Positions 40,267 through 56,473 of a stretch of DNA of 64,000 nucleotides are shown piece by piece. The stretch is from Eledone cirrhosa. Lineage: Eukaryota. A program made the position numbers and the translations under genes. Each line of letters opens with the position of its first letter. Position 1 is the stretch's first letter. The stretch is taken from positions 25,358,001 to 25,422,000 of the forward strand of contig OZ024748.1 of assembly GCA_964016885.1 (NCBI GenBank). Direction: 5' to 3'. Under the pieces are notes generated by a model. The model saw nothing but the letters and a program-made list of their open reading frames with translations. It was not told the DNA's origin and made no database searches.

Positions 40267-40375
40267 CAAAAAATGTTATGAGTAGTACTAAATTGCTGGA
40301 GGTGGGATGAGAATGACAACGTCTTTTAAGGTGAATATTTATAAGATAGATTCTCCCAATTCTTTTTCTTTTTGC

Positions 40376-41112
40376 CATCATTGTTATCATCATCATCACC
40401 ATATCATCATCGTCATCACCATCATCATTATTAAGGATCATCGGCGTCATCGTCATCATTGTCATCATCATCAGCACCATCACCACCATTATCAACACCA
40501 TCATCATCATCATTACCACCACCATCATCATCATCATTAACATCATCACCATCCTCATCCTCACCACCATCACCACCGTCATCAACACCATCATCATTAT
40601 CATCACTACCATCACCATCACCACCATCATCACTACCATCACCATCATCACCATCACCGCCTTCATCACCATCATCACCATCATCACCATCACCATCATC
40701 ACCATCATCACCATCACCGCCTTCATCACCATCATCACTACCATCACCATCATCACCAGCACCGCCTTCATCACCACCATCACTACCATCACCATCATCA
40801 CCATCACCGCCTTCATCACCATCATCACCATCATCACCATCACCACCATCACCGCCTTCATCACTACCATCATCACCATCATCACCATCACCACCTTCAT
40901 CACTACCATCACCATCATCACCATCATCACCATCACCACCTTCATCACCACCATCACCATCCATCACCATCACCACCACCACCACCATCATCACCATCAC
41001 CACCTTCACCATCACCACCACCACCATCATCATCATCACCATCACCACCTTCATCACTACCATCACCATCACCATCCATCACCATCACCACCACCACCAC
41101 CATCACTACCAT
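40376..41112. repeat. (CAT/CAC)n trinucleotide array
   Basis: Direct reading. Confidence 0.92.
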
Positions 41113-41388
41113 TGCTGATGTCCTCATCATCTCCCTATATTTTGACGTTATTGCATATTTTGGGTGCAGTACAGAAATAGCAGCTTCCTACGTATGGCTT
41201 GGGGGGGGGGGGGGGTTATAGTTACTATGGTTACTACTGTAGTAGTAGAGCAGATATCGATCGCTATCTGATGAGAAGTGAATTTCCGTGGGAGAGAGAG
41301 AGGGGGGGCGACAGAGCGAGAGAGAGTGAGAGAGAGAGTGGGAAAGATACTACCTATGGTAGTGGTGACTGTTGCGGGAGGGGGGGGG

Positions 41389-44300
41389 GGTATTGGTGGT
41401 GGTGGTGGTGGTGGTGGTGATGGTATTGGAGGTGGTGGTGGTGGTGGTGGTGGTATTGGAGGTGGTGGTTGTTTGTGGTGGTAGTGGTGATTGGTGGTGG
41501 TGATGGTGGTTATTGGTGGTGTTGGTGATGGTATTGGTGGTGGTGATTGGTGGTGGTTATTGGCGGTGGTGGTGGTGATTGGTGGTGGTTATTGGCGGTG
41601 GTGGTGGTGGTGGTTGTTGTTGTTGTTGGTGGTGGTGGTGGTGGTGGTGGTGGTGGAGGTGATTGGTGGTGGTGGTGGTGATTGGTGCTGGTGAGTGGTG
41701 GTGATTGGTGGTGGTGGTAGTGGTGATTGGTGGTGGTGGTGGTGGTGGTATTGGTGGTGGTGATTGGTGGTGTGGTGACTGGTGGTGGTATTGGTTGTGG
41801 TGGTTGGTGGTGGTGGTAGTGGTGATTGGTGGTGGTGGTGGTGATTGGTGGTGTTGATTGGCGGTGGTGGTGGTGGTCTTGCTTGTGGTGGTGGTGGTAT
41901 TGGTGGTGGTGGTGGTTGGTGGTGGTGGTGATTGGTGGTGGTGGTCTTGCTGGTGGTGGTGGTGGTGGTGGTATTGGCGATGGTGGTGGTGGTGGTGGTA
42001 TTGGTGGTGGTGGTTGGTGGTGGTGGTGGTATTGGTGGTGGTGGTTGGTGGTGGTGGTGGTGATTGGTGGTGGTGGTTGGTGGTGGTGGTGGTGGTTGGT
42101 GCTGGTGGTGGTGGTGGTTTGTGCTGGTGGTGGTGGTTGGTGTGCTGGTTGGTGGTGGTAGTGGTATTGGTGGTTGTCATTGGTGGTGGTGATTGGTGGT
42201 GGTTATTGGCGGTGGTGGTGGTGGTGGTTGTTGTTGTTGTTGGTGGTGGTGGTGGTGGTGGTGGTGGTGGTGGTGGTGGTGGTGGTGGTGGTCATTGGTG
42301 GTGGTGATTGGTGGTGGTGGTGGTGATTGGTGCTGGTGAGTGGTGGTGGTGATTGGTGGTGGTGGCGGTGGTATTGGTGGTGGTGGTGGTTGGTGGTGGT
42401 GGTGGTTGGTGGTGGTGGTAGTGGCGATTGGTGGTGGTGGTGGTGATTGGTGGTGGTGGTGGTGGTGGTGGTGGTTGGTGGTGGTGGTGATTGGTGGTGG
42501 TGGTGGTGGTGGTATTGGTGGTGGTGATTGGTGGTGGTGGTGACTGGTGGTGGTATTGGTGGTGGTGGTTGGTGGTGGTGGTAGTGGTGATTGGTGGTGG
42601 TGGTGATTGGTGGTGGTAATTGGCGGTGGTGGTGGTGATTGGTGGTGGTGGTGGTGGTCTTGCTTGTGGTGGTGGTGGTATTGGTGGTGGTGGTGGTTGG
42701 TGGTGGTGGTGATTGGTGGTGGTGGTCTTGCTGGTGGTGGTGGTGGTATTGGCGGTGGTGGTGGTGGTGGTATTGGTGGTGGTGGTTGGTGGTGGTGGTG
42801 GTGATTGGTGGTGGTGGTGGTGATTGGTGGTGGTGGTGGTGGTCTTGCTGGTGGTGGTGGTGGTATTGGTGGTGGTGGGGGTTGGTGGTGGTGGTGATTG
42901 GTGGTGGTGGTGGTGGTCTTGCTGGTGGTGGTGGTGATAGGTGGTGGTAGTGGTGGTATTGGTGGTGGTGATTGGTGGTGGTGGTGGTGATTGGTGGTGG
43001 TGGTATTGGTGGTGGTAGTATTGTTGGTGGTGATTGCTGGTGGTGGTGGTGGTGATATTGGTGGTGGTCGTGGTTGGTGGTGGTATTGGTAGTCGTGGTG
43101 GTGGTGGTGGTGGTATTGGTGGTGGTGGTGGAGATTGGTGGTGGTAGTGGTATTGGTGGTGGTGATTGGTGGTGTTGGTGGTGGTTTGTGGTGGTGGTGG
43201 TGGTGGTGGTGGTGGTATTGGTGGTGGTGATTGGTGGTGGTGGTGATTGGTGGTGGTGGTGACTGGTGGTGGTATTGGTGGTGGTGGTTGGTGGTGGTGG
43301 TAGTGGTCATTGGTGGTGGTGGTGGTGATTGGTGGTGGTGATTGGCGGTGGTGGTGGTGGTCTTACTTGTGGTGGTGGTGGTATTGGTGGTGTTGGTGGT
43401 TGGTGGTGGTGGTGATTGGTGGTGGTGGTCTTGCTGGTGGTGGTGGTGGTATTGGCGGTGGTGGTGGTGGTGGTGGTTGGTGGTGGTGGTGGTTGGTGGT
43501 AGTGGTGGTGATTGGTGGTGGTGGTTGGTAGTGGTGGTGGTGATTGGTGGTGGTGATTGGTGGTGGTTGTGGTGGTCTTATGGTGGTGGTGCTGGTATTG
43601 GTGGTGGTGGTGATTGGTGGTGGTGGTGGTGGTCTTGCTGGTGGTGGTGGTGATAGGTGGTGGTAGTGGTGGTATTGGTGGTGGTGATTGGTGGTGGTGG
43701 TGGTGATTGGTGGTGGTGGTGGTGGTGGTATTGGTGGTCGTGGTTGGTAGTGTTGGTGGTGATTGGTGATGGTGGTGGTGATTGGTGGTGGTGGTGGTGG
43801 TATTGGTGGTCGTGGTTGTTAGTGTTGGTGGTGATTGGTGGTGGTGGTGGTGGTGGTGGTATTGGTGGTGTTGGTGTTGGTGGTATTGGTGGTCGTGGTT
43901 GGTAGTATTGGTGGTGATTGATGGTGGTGGTGGTGGTGCTATTGGTGGTGGTGGTGGTGGTGGTGGTGGTATTGGTGGTGGTGGTTGGTGGTGGTGGTGG
44001 TGATTGGTGGTGGTAGTGGTATTGGTGGTGGTGATTGGTGGTGTTTGTGGTGGTGGTGGTGGTGGTTGTGGTGGTGGTATTGGTGGTGGTGGTGGTGGTG
44101 GTGATAGGGCCGGGGGGTACTGGTGGTGGTGGTAATGGTGATGGTGGATATTGGTGGTGGTGGTGGTGGTATTGGTGGTGGTGATTGGTGGTGGTGGTTG
44201 GTGGTGGTAGTGGTGATTGATGGTGGTGGTGGTTGGTGGTGGTGGTGGTGGTTGGTGTGGTGGTTGGTGGTGGTGGTGGTATTGGTGGTGGTGGTTGGTG

Positions 44301-47300
44301 GTGGTGATTGTTGGTGGTTATTGGCGGTGGTGGTGGTGATTGGTGTTGGTGGCGGTGGTATTGGTGGTGGTGGTTGGTGGTGGTGGTGGTGGTGTTCGTT
44401 ATTGGTGGTGGTGGTGGTATTGGTGGTGGTGGTTGGTGATGGTGGTGGTTGTGATTGGTGATGTGATTGGTGGTGGTGGTGATGGTGTTGGTGGTGGAGG
44501 TGGTGGTATTGGTGGTGGTGGTGGTGGAGGTGTTGGTATTGGTGGTGATGGTTGGTGGTGATTCTGGGGGTGATTGATGCTGGTGGTTCGTGTATTGGTG
44601 GTGGTGATTGGGAGGCTGATTGATGGTGGTGGTTTCTGACATTGGTGGTGATTAGTGGTGGTGGTGGTGGTGGTGGTATTGGTGGTGGTGGTATTGGTGG
44701 TAGTGGTGATTGGTGGTAGTGATTGTTGGGGTGATTGGAGGTGGTGGTGGTGTTATTGGTGGTGGTGGTGGTGGTATTGGTGGTGGTGGTGGTTGGTGGT
44801 GTTGGTGATTGGTGGTGGTGGTGGTGGTATTGGCGGTGGTGGTGGTGGTGGTATTGGTGGTGGTGGTTGGTGGTGGTGGTGGTATTGGTGGTGGTGGTGG
44901 TTGGTGGTGGTGGTGGTGATTGGTGGTGGTGGTTGGTGGTGGTGGTGGTCGTGATTGGTGGTGGTGGTGGTGATTGGTGGTGGTGGTGGTGGTCTTGCTG
45001 GTGGTGGTGGTGGTCGTTGGTGGTGGTGGTGATTGTGGTGGTGGTGGTGGTGGTCTTGCTGGTGGTGGTGGTGGTATTGGCGGTGGTGGTGGTGGTGGTG
45101 GTATTGGTGGTGGTGGTTGGTGGTAGTGGTGGTATTGGTGGTGGTGGTTGGTGGTGGTGGTGGTGATTGGTGGTGGTGGTTGGTGGTGGTGGTGGTGGTT
45201 GGTGCTGGTGGTGGTGGTGGTTTGTGCTGGTGGTGGTGGTTGGTGTGCTGGTTGGTGGTGGTAGTTGTATTGGTGGTTGTCATTGGTGGTGGTGATTGGC
45301 GGTGGTGGTGGTGGTGGTTGTTGTTGTTGGTGGTGGTGGTGGTGGTGGTGGTGGTGGTGGTGGTGGTGGTCATTGGTGGTGGTGATTGGTGGTGGTGGTG
45401 GTGATTGGTGCTGGTGAGTGGTGGTTGTGATTGGTGGTGGTGGCGGTGGTATTGGTGGTGGTGGTGGTTGGTGGTGGTGGTGGTTGGTGGTGGTGGTAGT
45501 GGTGATTGGTGGTGGTGGTGGTGATTGGTGGTGGTGGTGGTGGTGGTATTGGTGGTGGTGATTGGTGGTGGTGGTGACTGGTGGTGGTATTGGTGGTGGT
45601 GGTTGGTGGTGGTGGTAGTGGTGATTGGTGGTGGTGGTGGTGATTGGTGGTGGTGATTGGCGGTGGTGGTGGTGATTGGTGGTGGTGGTGGTGGTCTTGC
45701 TTGTGGTGGTGGTGGTATTGGTGGTGGTGGTGGTTGGTGGTGGTGGTGATTGGTGGTGGTGGTCTTGCTGGTGGTGGTGGTGGTATTGGCGGTGGTGGTG
45801 GTGGTGGTATTGGTGGTGGTGGTTGGTGGTGGTGGTGGTGATTGGTGGTGGTGATTGGTGGTGGTGGTGGTGGTGATTGGTGGTGGTGGTATTGGTGGTG
45901 GCGGTATTGGTGGTGGTGATTGGTGGTTATGATTGGTGGTGGTGGTGGTGATTGTGGTGGTGGTGGTGGTCTTGCTGGTGGTGGTGGTGGTATTGGCGGT
46001 GGTGGTGGTGGTGGTGGTATTGGTGGTGGTGGTTGGTGGTGGTGGTGGTATTGGTGGTGGTGGTTGGTGGTGGTGGTGGTGATTGGTGGTGGTGGTTGGT
46101 GGTGGTGGTGGTGGTTGGTGCTGGTGGTGGTGGTGGTTTGTGCTGGTGGTGGTGGTTGGTGTGCTGGTTGGTGGTGGTAGTTGTATTGGTGGTTGTCATT
46201 GGTGGTGGTGATTGGTGGTGGTTATTGGCGGTGGTGGTGGTGGTGGTTGTTGTTGTTGTTGGTGGTGGTGGTGGTGGTGGTGGTGGTGGTGGTGGTGGTG
46301 GTGGTGGTGGTCATTGGTGGTGGTCATTGGTGGTGGTGGTGGTGGTGATTGGTGCTGGTGAGTGGTGGTGGTGATTGGTGGTGGTGGCGGTGGTATTGGT
46401 GGTGGTGGTGGTTGGTGGTGGTGGTGGTTGGTGGTGGTGGTAGTGTTGATTGGTGGTGGTGGTGGTGATTGGTGGTGGTGGTGGTGGTGGTATTGGTGGT
46501 GGTGATTGGTGGTGGTGGTGACTGGTGGTGGTATTGGTGGTGGTGGTTGGTGGTGGTGGTAGTGGTGATTGGTGGTGGTGGTGGTGATTGGTGGTGGTGA
46601 TTGGCGGTGGTGGTGGTGATTGGTGGTGGTGGTGGTGGTCTTGCTTGTGGTGGTGGTGGTATTGGTGGTGGTGGTGGTTGGTGGTGGTGGTGATTGGTGG
46701 TGGTGGTCTTGCTGGTGGTGGTGGTGGTATTGGCGGTGGTGGTGGTGGTGGTATTGGTGGTGGTGGTTGGTGGTGGTGGTGATTGGTGGTGGTGATTGGT
46801 GGTGGTGGTGGTGATTGGTGGTGGTGGTATTGGTGGTGGCGGTATTGGTGGTGGTGATTGGTGGTGGTGATTGGTGGTGGTGGTGGTGATTGGCGGTGGT
46901 GGTGGTGATTGGTGGTGGTGGTGGTGGTCTTGCTGGTGGTGGTGGTGATAGGTGGTGGTAGTGGTGGTATTGGTGGTGGTGATTGGTGGTGGTGGTGGTG
47001 ATTGGTGGTGGTGGTGGTGATTGGTGGTGGTGGTGGTGGTATTGATGTTGGTGATTGGTGGTGGTGGTATTGGTGGTGGTGGTATTGGTGGTGGTGGTAT
47101 TGGTGGTGGTGATTGCTGGTGGTGGTGGTGGTGGTATTGGTGGTGGTGGTGGTGGTGGTATTGGTGATGGTGGTGGAGATTGGTGGTGGTAGTGGTATTG
47201 GTGGTGGTGATTGGTGGTGTTGGTGGTGGTTTGTGGTGTGGTGGTGGTGGTATTGGTGGTGGTGATTGGTGGTGGTGGTGACTGGTGGTGCTATTGGTGG

Positions 47301-49532
47301 TGGTGGTTGGTGGTGGTGGTAGTGGTCATTGGTGGTGGTGGTGGTGATTGGTGGTGGTGATTGGCGGTGGTGGTGGTGGTCTTACTTGTGGTGGTGGTGG
47401 TATTGGTGGTGGTTGGTGGTGGTGGTGATTGGTGGTGGTGGTCTTGCTGGTGGTGGTGGTGGTATTGGCGGTGGTGGCGGTGGTGGTATTGGTGGTGGTT
47501 GTGGTGGTCTTATGGTGGTGGTGCTGGTATTGGTGGTGGTGGTGATTGGTGGTGGTGGTGATAGGTGGTGGTAGTGGTGGTATTGGTGGTGGTGATTGGT
47601 GGTGGTGGTGGTGATTGGTGGTGGTAGTGGTGGTGTTGGTGTTGTTGGTATTGGTGGTCGTGGTTGGTAGTATTGGTGGTGATTGATGGTGGTGGTGGTG
47701 GTGGTATTGGTGGTGGTGGTGGTGGTGGTGGTGGTGGTGGTATTGGTGGTGGTGGTTGGTGGTGGTGGTGGTGATTGGTGGTGGTAGTGGTATTGGTGGT
47801 GGTGATTGGTGGTGTTGGTGGTGGTTTGTGGTGGTGGTGGTGGTGGTTGTGGTGGTGGTATTGGTGGTGGTGGTGGTGGTCGTGGTGGTGATAGGGCCGG
47901 GGGGTACTGGTGGTGGTGGTGATGGTGATGGTGGTTATTGGTGGTGGTGGTGGTGGTATTGGTGGTGGTGATTGGTAGTGGTGGTTGGTGGTGGTAGTGA
48001 TGATTGATGGTGGTTGTGGTTGGTGGTGGTGGTGGTGGTTGGTGTGGTGGTTGGTGGTGGTGGTGGTATTGGTGGTGGTGGTTGGTGGTGGTGATTGGTG
48101 GTGGTTATTGGCGGTGGTGGTGGTGATTGGTGCTGGTGATTGGTAGTGGTGGCGGTGGTATTGGTGGTGGTGGTTGTTGGTGGTGGTGGTGATGTTCGTT
48201 ATTGGTAATGGTGGTGGTATTGGTGGTGGTGGTTGGTGATGGTGGTTGGTCGTGGTGGTGGTGATTGGTGGTGGTGGTGTTATTGGTGGTGGTGGTTATT
48301 GGTGGTGGTGGTGGTGGTGATTGGTGATTGTGATTGGTGGTGGTGGTGGTGATTGTGATTGGTGGTGGTATTGGTGGTGGTGGTGGTGGTGGTGGAGGTG
48401 GTGGTATTGGTGGTGATGGTTGGTGGTGATTCTGGGGGTGATCGATGGTGGCGGTTCGTATATTGGTGGTGGTGATTGGGGGGCTGATTGATGGTGGTGG
48501 TTTCTGACATTGGTGGTGATTAGTGGTGGTGGTGGTGGTGGTGGTATTGGTGGTGGTGGTATTGGTGGTGGTGGTGATTGGTGGTAGTGATTGTTGGGGG
48601 TGATTGGAGGTGGTGGTGGTGGTGTTATTGGTGGTGGTGGTGGTGGTATTGGTGGTGGTGGTGGTGATTGGTGTGGGTGATTGGAGCTGGTGGTGGCGGT
48701 AATTGGTGGTGGGTAGGGGGTGATTGGTGGTGGTGGTGGTGGTGGTGGTGGTGGCATTGGTGGTGGTGGTGGTGGTGCTATTGGTGGTGGTGGTGTGGTG
48801 GTATTGGTGGTGATGGTTGGTGGTGATTGGGGGGGTTATTGATGATGGTGGTTGGTGATATTGGTGGTGGTGGTGGTACTGGTTGTGGTGATTGGTGGTA
48901 TTGGTGGTGATTGCTCGTGGTGGTGGTGGTATTGGTGGTGGTGGTATTGGTGGTGGTGGTGGTGGTATTCGTGGTGGTGGTGGTGGTATTGGTGGTGGTG
49001 GTATTGGTGGTGGTGGTGGTGGTATTCGTGGTGGTGGTGGTGATTGTTGGGGGTGATTGGAGCTGGTGGTGGTGGTATTCGTGGTGGTGGTGGTGGCGGT
49101 AATTGGTGGTGGGGAGGGGATGACTGGTGGTGGTGGTGGTATTGGTGATGGTGGTGTGGTGGTATTGGTGGTGATGGTTGGTGGTGGTATTGGTGGTGAT
49201 GGTTGGTGGTGATTGGGGGGGGGATTGGTGGTGGTGGTTGGTGGTATTGGTGGTGATTGGTGGTGGTGGTGGTGGTGGTGGTGGTATTGGTGGTAGTTGA
49301 TAGTGGTGAATGGTAGGGGGCGGTGGGTTGTTGATGTTGTTGTTGGTGGTGGTGGTGGTGGTGGTGGTGGTGGTAGTAGACTGGTGGTAGATTGGTTGAT
49401 GATGGTGGTAGTGGTGGTGGTGATCTGTGGTAGTAGTGGTGGTGGTGGTGATTGGTGGTGGTGGTAGTAGCGGCGGTGGTGATCGGTGGTAGTAGTGGTG
49501 GTGGTGGTGGTTCGTGGTGGTAGTGGTGGTGT
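41389..49532. repeat. About 8.1-kb degenerate (GGT)n array punctuated by GATT/TATT
   Basis: Direct reading; kb-scale internal duplications. Confidence 0.95.
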
Positions 49533-50218
49533 GATTGTGTGAGAGTCTGTATTTTCGTTTGTGTGTTTTGTTCTGTGTGTGTGTGTGTGTATGTGTGTGT
49601 GTATGCATCACAGTCCTGTGTGTATGTGTATTTGTGTGTGTGTGTATGTGTGTGTGTGTGTCTGTGTGTGTGTATGTATGTGTGTCTATTTATATGTGTG
49701 TATGTGAATATGTGAGTATGTATGACATTCCTGTTTGTTTATCATATGTTATAGCAGTAATAGAAATAAGACGGCCGAGAAAGACGTCCCCACCGACCGT
49801 CCGGTAAAAGGTGATGTTAAGTATTGTGTTATAAATCAACAACCTAGGAAACATCTGTCTGACAACTGAAAGATGTTAAATTGTTAGTGGTGGTGGTGGT
49901 AGTTGTGGTAGTAACAGCAGATGATAATGAAGCAAATACATATATATGTATGTATATATATATATATATATATATATAACAATATATTTAGAAACACACA
50001 GATACATGCGGACACACACATATACATGAATGCATCCACACCCAACCGTGAGTTAAGGGTGCCAACCTCACCGATGTTGCTCAATGAATGACTGGGACAG
50101 ACCAATCCGGTTGAACTAGACATAACCAGTATCAGAGTTAAAATTACATTATGAAGAGAGAAGAAACATTTAGATATAATTAGTAATAAAATGTATCATA
50201 CCTAAACTGCTCCTAGAT

Positions 50219-50308
50219 TCCTAGACTACGTAGTTTCGTGGCATAAACAAAAACAATACATCATAAAGATACAGAGTCCCTGCGAGGTCTGCCGACTTAT
50301 CAAGAGGA
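50219..50308 (-). ncRNA. U3-A8 hammerhead, second copy (stem I mismatch)
   Basis: Homologous to 53617-53704. Confidence 0.5.
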
Positions 50309-50547
50309 TACCTCATTTTACTAGTCCCAAGAACGCGTCTACACGACGTGAGAAAGAATCCCAAAAGGCGGAGGGGGAGATAGTCACGCGATATAACGGT
50401 CGAGAAACAGAGCTAAGCCTCTTATAACGCCGAAGAAAATACCACAGAGGTGTAAGTGTTTTATTGTAGCACAATAAAGTAATGCAAATGTTGATTTAAA
50501 ACTTCACTTCTCACAAATGTTTTTTAAGCTTCATATCATGTCTCCCT

Positions 50548-50616
50548 ATTTTATCTGATGAGAACGCAGATATCATCTCATGAGGATATTTGTTTTTGAA
50601 ATGCGCATAATAAAAT
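50548..50616 (+). ncRNA. Type I hammerhead ribozyme (AUA triplet)
   Basis: attttat-CTGATGA-gaac-gcagatatc..gatatttgt-tttt-GAAA-tgcgca-TA-ataaaat; 7-bp stem I, palindromic stem III atgcgcat. Confidence 0.78.
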
Positions 50617-50937
50617 TCTTGGCACTCTTTTAACTATCTTTTGATCTTATATTATATATATATATCTATTGATGGTATACAAGCTCCTACATAAATTGGT
50701 ATAATTTCACCCAAATTGTAGGAATCCTATAATGAAACGAGACGTCCGTCTGGGAAGAGATATATTAGATATGTCTCATATGAAATAATACAGCCAATTT
50801 TCCACGCAATACTTTTAGTTAGCACCCCGAACGAATAATTGGGAATATAATCACTTATTTCCTAATGTTTGTTGAGTGAGTTGGAATTTGGCCAGAGTAT
50901 CGCTAAAAAGCTTTCTCCGATATTTTATTTATTTATG

Positions 50938-51024
<87 letters not shown>

Positions 51025-51185
51025 AGGAGGTGAGTTTTATTGTAGTACAATAAAGCAATGCAGATATCGGATAAGAAGCACTCTACAGTTTGTAGGACTG
51101 GAGTATACATAATATATAAGATCAAAAGATGGTTAAAAGAGTTCCATGTATTTTATTATGCGCATTTCAAAAACAAATATCATCA

Positions 51186-51237
<52 letters not shown>

Positions 51238-51247
51238 TTTTGAGTTT

Positions 51248-51630
51248 ATGTTGGTTGTATACCAACACCTCAGTATGCAGGCTGAAACCCCCAACTCCGA
51301 ACACCTCTACATAGGAGCCACATCAACGAGCTTTAAGGACCGCTGGTACAACCATCGCCATTCATTCAAGAAGGAGGCCTAAAGGAAAAGCACAGCTCTC
51401 TCCGACCTGATCTGGAAGCTTAAGCTGGACAGGACCCCATACTCTCTGGCCTGGTACATAATCAGGAAAGTACCACCCGATAAAGGGGGATCTTGCATAT
51501 GCAAACTATGCCTGAACGAGACCCTCGAGATACTAAGAGGTGGAAGCGGCCTGATAAACCTCAGAACCGACTTCTTCGGGACATGCAGACACCTTAGAGC
51601 CGGGACCTTTCTCAAAATATATGGACAGTA
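51248..51630 (+). pseudogene. PLE GIY-YIG endonuclease fragment
   Basis: VVYQ..HLYIGATSTSFKDRWYNHRHSFKKEA*RKSTALSDLIWKLK..CKLCLNE..TCRH. Confidence 0.82.
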
Positions 51631-52817
51631 GCAACACAAGAAGATGTGAACTCCCCTCAAGCTATAGGGACTTCTACAGAACATGAAAACACCTCTCGGC
51701 CAGACCTCCCTCAAGCTATATGGACAATTACAACACCCTAGGTTGTGAACTCCCCTCAAGCCATAGGGAACAACCCAGGCGGAGCAGACACCATGATAGC
51801 CTAGAGACAGAATCGGACACAGCCATAATAATCTGGCCAACATCTATAACACAAACACTTTTAATTTACCAGATTTCTGACTTTAAAGTTCCAATCTTAA
51901 ATCTTGATTTCTCTATATTAATTTGTTATTTGTTTTCTGCCCTCTTCACTGTATAACCTTATATTTATTTTAAGTTGAGATAGATTATAACACAAACACA
52001 TTGAATATCTCATCTTAACATCTTGTATCATACCAATCTATCCAACATATTCTGACCTTGAGATTGGTTATAGCACACACACACACACACTTTATCCTAC
52101 ATTATTTCTCACTTCTCCATATACATTATCATTACTTTTTCACCAATCTCTCATTTACTCTTTATTCTTTATTCTCTATTTATTTATTTATTTTCAAATT
52201 ACACAAATTATATTAATTATTTTATTTTATTATATTATTTATTTATCTTCTGTTTTCTTCATTTATTGCCTTATATTTCTTCATATACATGAAATAACCC
52301 CCCCCCCCCGCCACCACCACTACGATGGTGGCGGGTGGGATGAAGAGAAAACACAAACTGAATACTTCTAAATTGTTAGCAGCAGCAAGATATAAGCTGA
52401 CCACTACAACAACAACAGTACCAAAATAATGGTGGAGGTCAAATGTACTGAACAATAGCAGGCATAAACACTACAGGGAGCCTCACCCCAGAAAGAATTC
52501 TATAGACTTCTGACTGAGGAATGCTCTCAGAACTGAACAATGGGAAGTTTGACACATTTTTTGATATTTTGTTCATTCAACACCTTGTCCCTTCTACCAT
52601 TTTATCAATTTTTAAGCTAACTCCAACAATGACAACACTAATAACTGACCAATGAGAGGAGAAGGGGACCTGTGACACGAAAATTCGTTTGTTTGAATTC
52701 ATATGACTCCAGTTCCCCAGTGAATTAACAACCAAGCAAGGAACTGGGCATATCAGAGTATTGACAATATCATACACCTAAACAACATATGTACTTGTCT
52801 ATACCATACTAATTCAA

Positions 52818-52872
52818 ACTGCCTGAAGAAGTCACAGCCAAAGATGGCTGTCACTGAAATATATATAGCAGT
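52818..52872 (+). ncRNA. Type I hammerhead ribozyme at PLE 3' end
   Basis: actgc-CTGAAGA-agt-c-acagcca-aaga-tggctgt-c-act-GAAA-tatata-TA-gcagt then AATAAA. Confidence 0.82.
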
Positions 52873-53349
52873 AATAAACGAAGCTAAATTTTAATCATTT
52901 GACTTTTATTTAACTTTATTTTATATATATATATATATATATATACATGAATTTAAAGGGAACACGGGGCTGTGTGGTTAGTTGATAAAGTGTAGTTAGA
53001 AATAAAAGGAAAGCACGAACAAGGGACAGGTCCCCTCTTCATTTGTCTGGTGGAGGTCTCGGACATGTCAATGCATTAACGACAATATGTCTATTTCTAG
53101 TGCGTCAATAACTTTTGTAAGTTATTGAGGAAGGAAAAGAGGAGAGAGAAAAAATAAATCAAACAGAAGGGGAAAAAAGAGAAAAAACGCATTGAAATGT
53201 CCGAGATCTCCAGCAGACAACAGAAGAGGGGGATCTGTCTCTTGTCTGTGCTTTCCTTTTATTTCTCTCTCTCTATATATATATATATGTATATATGTGT
53301 GTATTGGAATTTCGTATATATATATAATATATATATATATATATACACA

Positions 53350-54279
<930 letters not shown>

Positions 54280-54280
54280 A

Positions 54281-54316
<36 letters not shown>

Positions 54317-54898
54317 ATTTCCAAAGAAATACGGTATGTTTATAAACATGCAAAACGTAGTTATGCAAAAACACCGGCAGCTATCGCCATCTGGTGGTGT
54401 CCAGCAGAAGCAAGGGGGACAATCGTCGGTGCATTTCGAACTGAACTGGTTCTCAGCCGGACGATCCCTGCCGCTCCTGCAACTGCCGGACTTTGAAAAC
54501 AGGCGAGAATATATAGTTTTTTCGTCTGTGTAAATAAGGTGATTAATCTCATTTGCATACGAAGCTGTATTAGTTGGCTCAACTTATAATAGAATAGAAT
54601 TACAATTTAGTTTCGAGTATAGCTGTATACAGATATGTATTGAAATTTTGTATCTCTAAAGAAATACGGTATGTTTATAAATAAACATTTAGAAACTATA
54701 TATAAATTTTATAATCATTAGAATTTGGGTATTTTAAAAATAAAATATAGATATTTTGAAATAATAATGAGAATAAAAATCTTCGTATTTATTGTTTACT
54801 AATCTGAATAAGAAGAGCAGTAATTTATAAATATTAAATTTAAGCCCAAATACATGTATTTATATATATATAGTATATGCGCACACACACACACACAC

Positions 54899-55819
<921 letters not shown>

Positions 55820-56074
55820 AAGAGGGACATCCCCCCAACTATATAAACCTCAATCTAGTTAGAAAAATATAAAAACAATCTCTTCTCAACATATATATGT
55901 ATATTAATAACCTTAAAAGATATGCTGATGAGAATAGGTGCAAATATGCTATAATGAATGTGTCTAAAAGCGACCATAAGTATGTATATATATGTGAAAA
56001 TGTATATAAATAAGTAAATATATATATATGTTTGATGTGTATAGTTAGATGTAAGTGTATTCATGTATTAAAGT

Positions 56075-56167
<93 letters not shown>

Positions 56168-56261
56168 GACTGGAGTATGTATGTATATACGTGTGTATAT
56201 ATGTGTATATATATGTGTGTATGTGTATATATATGTATGTATATATGTGTGTATATATGTG

Positions 56262-56327
<66 letters not shown>

Positions 56328-56340
56328 GATATATATATAT

Positions 56341-56383
<43 letters not shown>

Positions 56384-56395
56384 TATATGTGTGTA

Positions 56396-56473
<78 letters not shown>

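Larger units (their letters stand above)
51236..52922 (+). mobile_element. 5'-truncated Penelope-like insertion within (TA)n
   Basis: GIY-YIG fragment at the 5' end, HHR plus AATAAA at the 3' end, (TA)n both sides, absent from the mirror arm. Confidence 0.78.

Noticed and set aside
41389-49532. Telomeric repeat array
   Set aside because: No TTAGGG units; degenerate GGT with internal position in the window.
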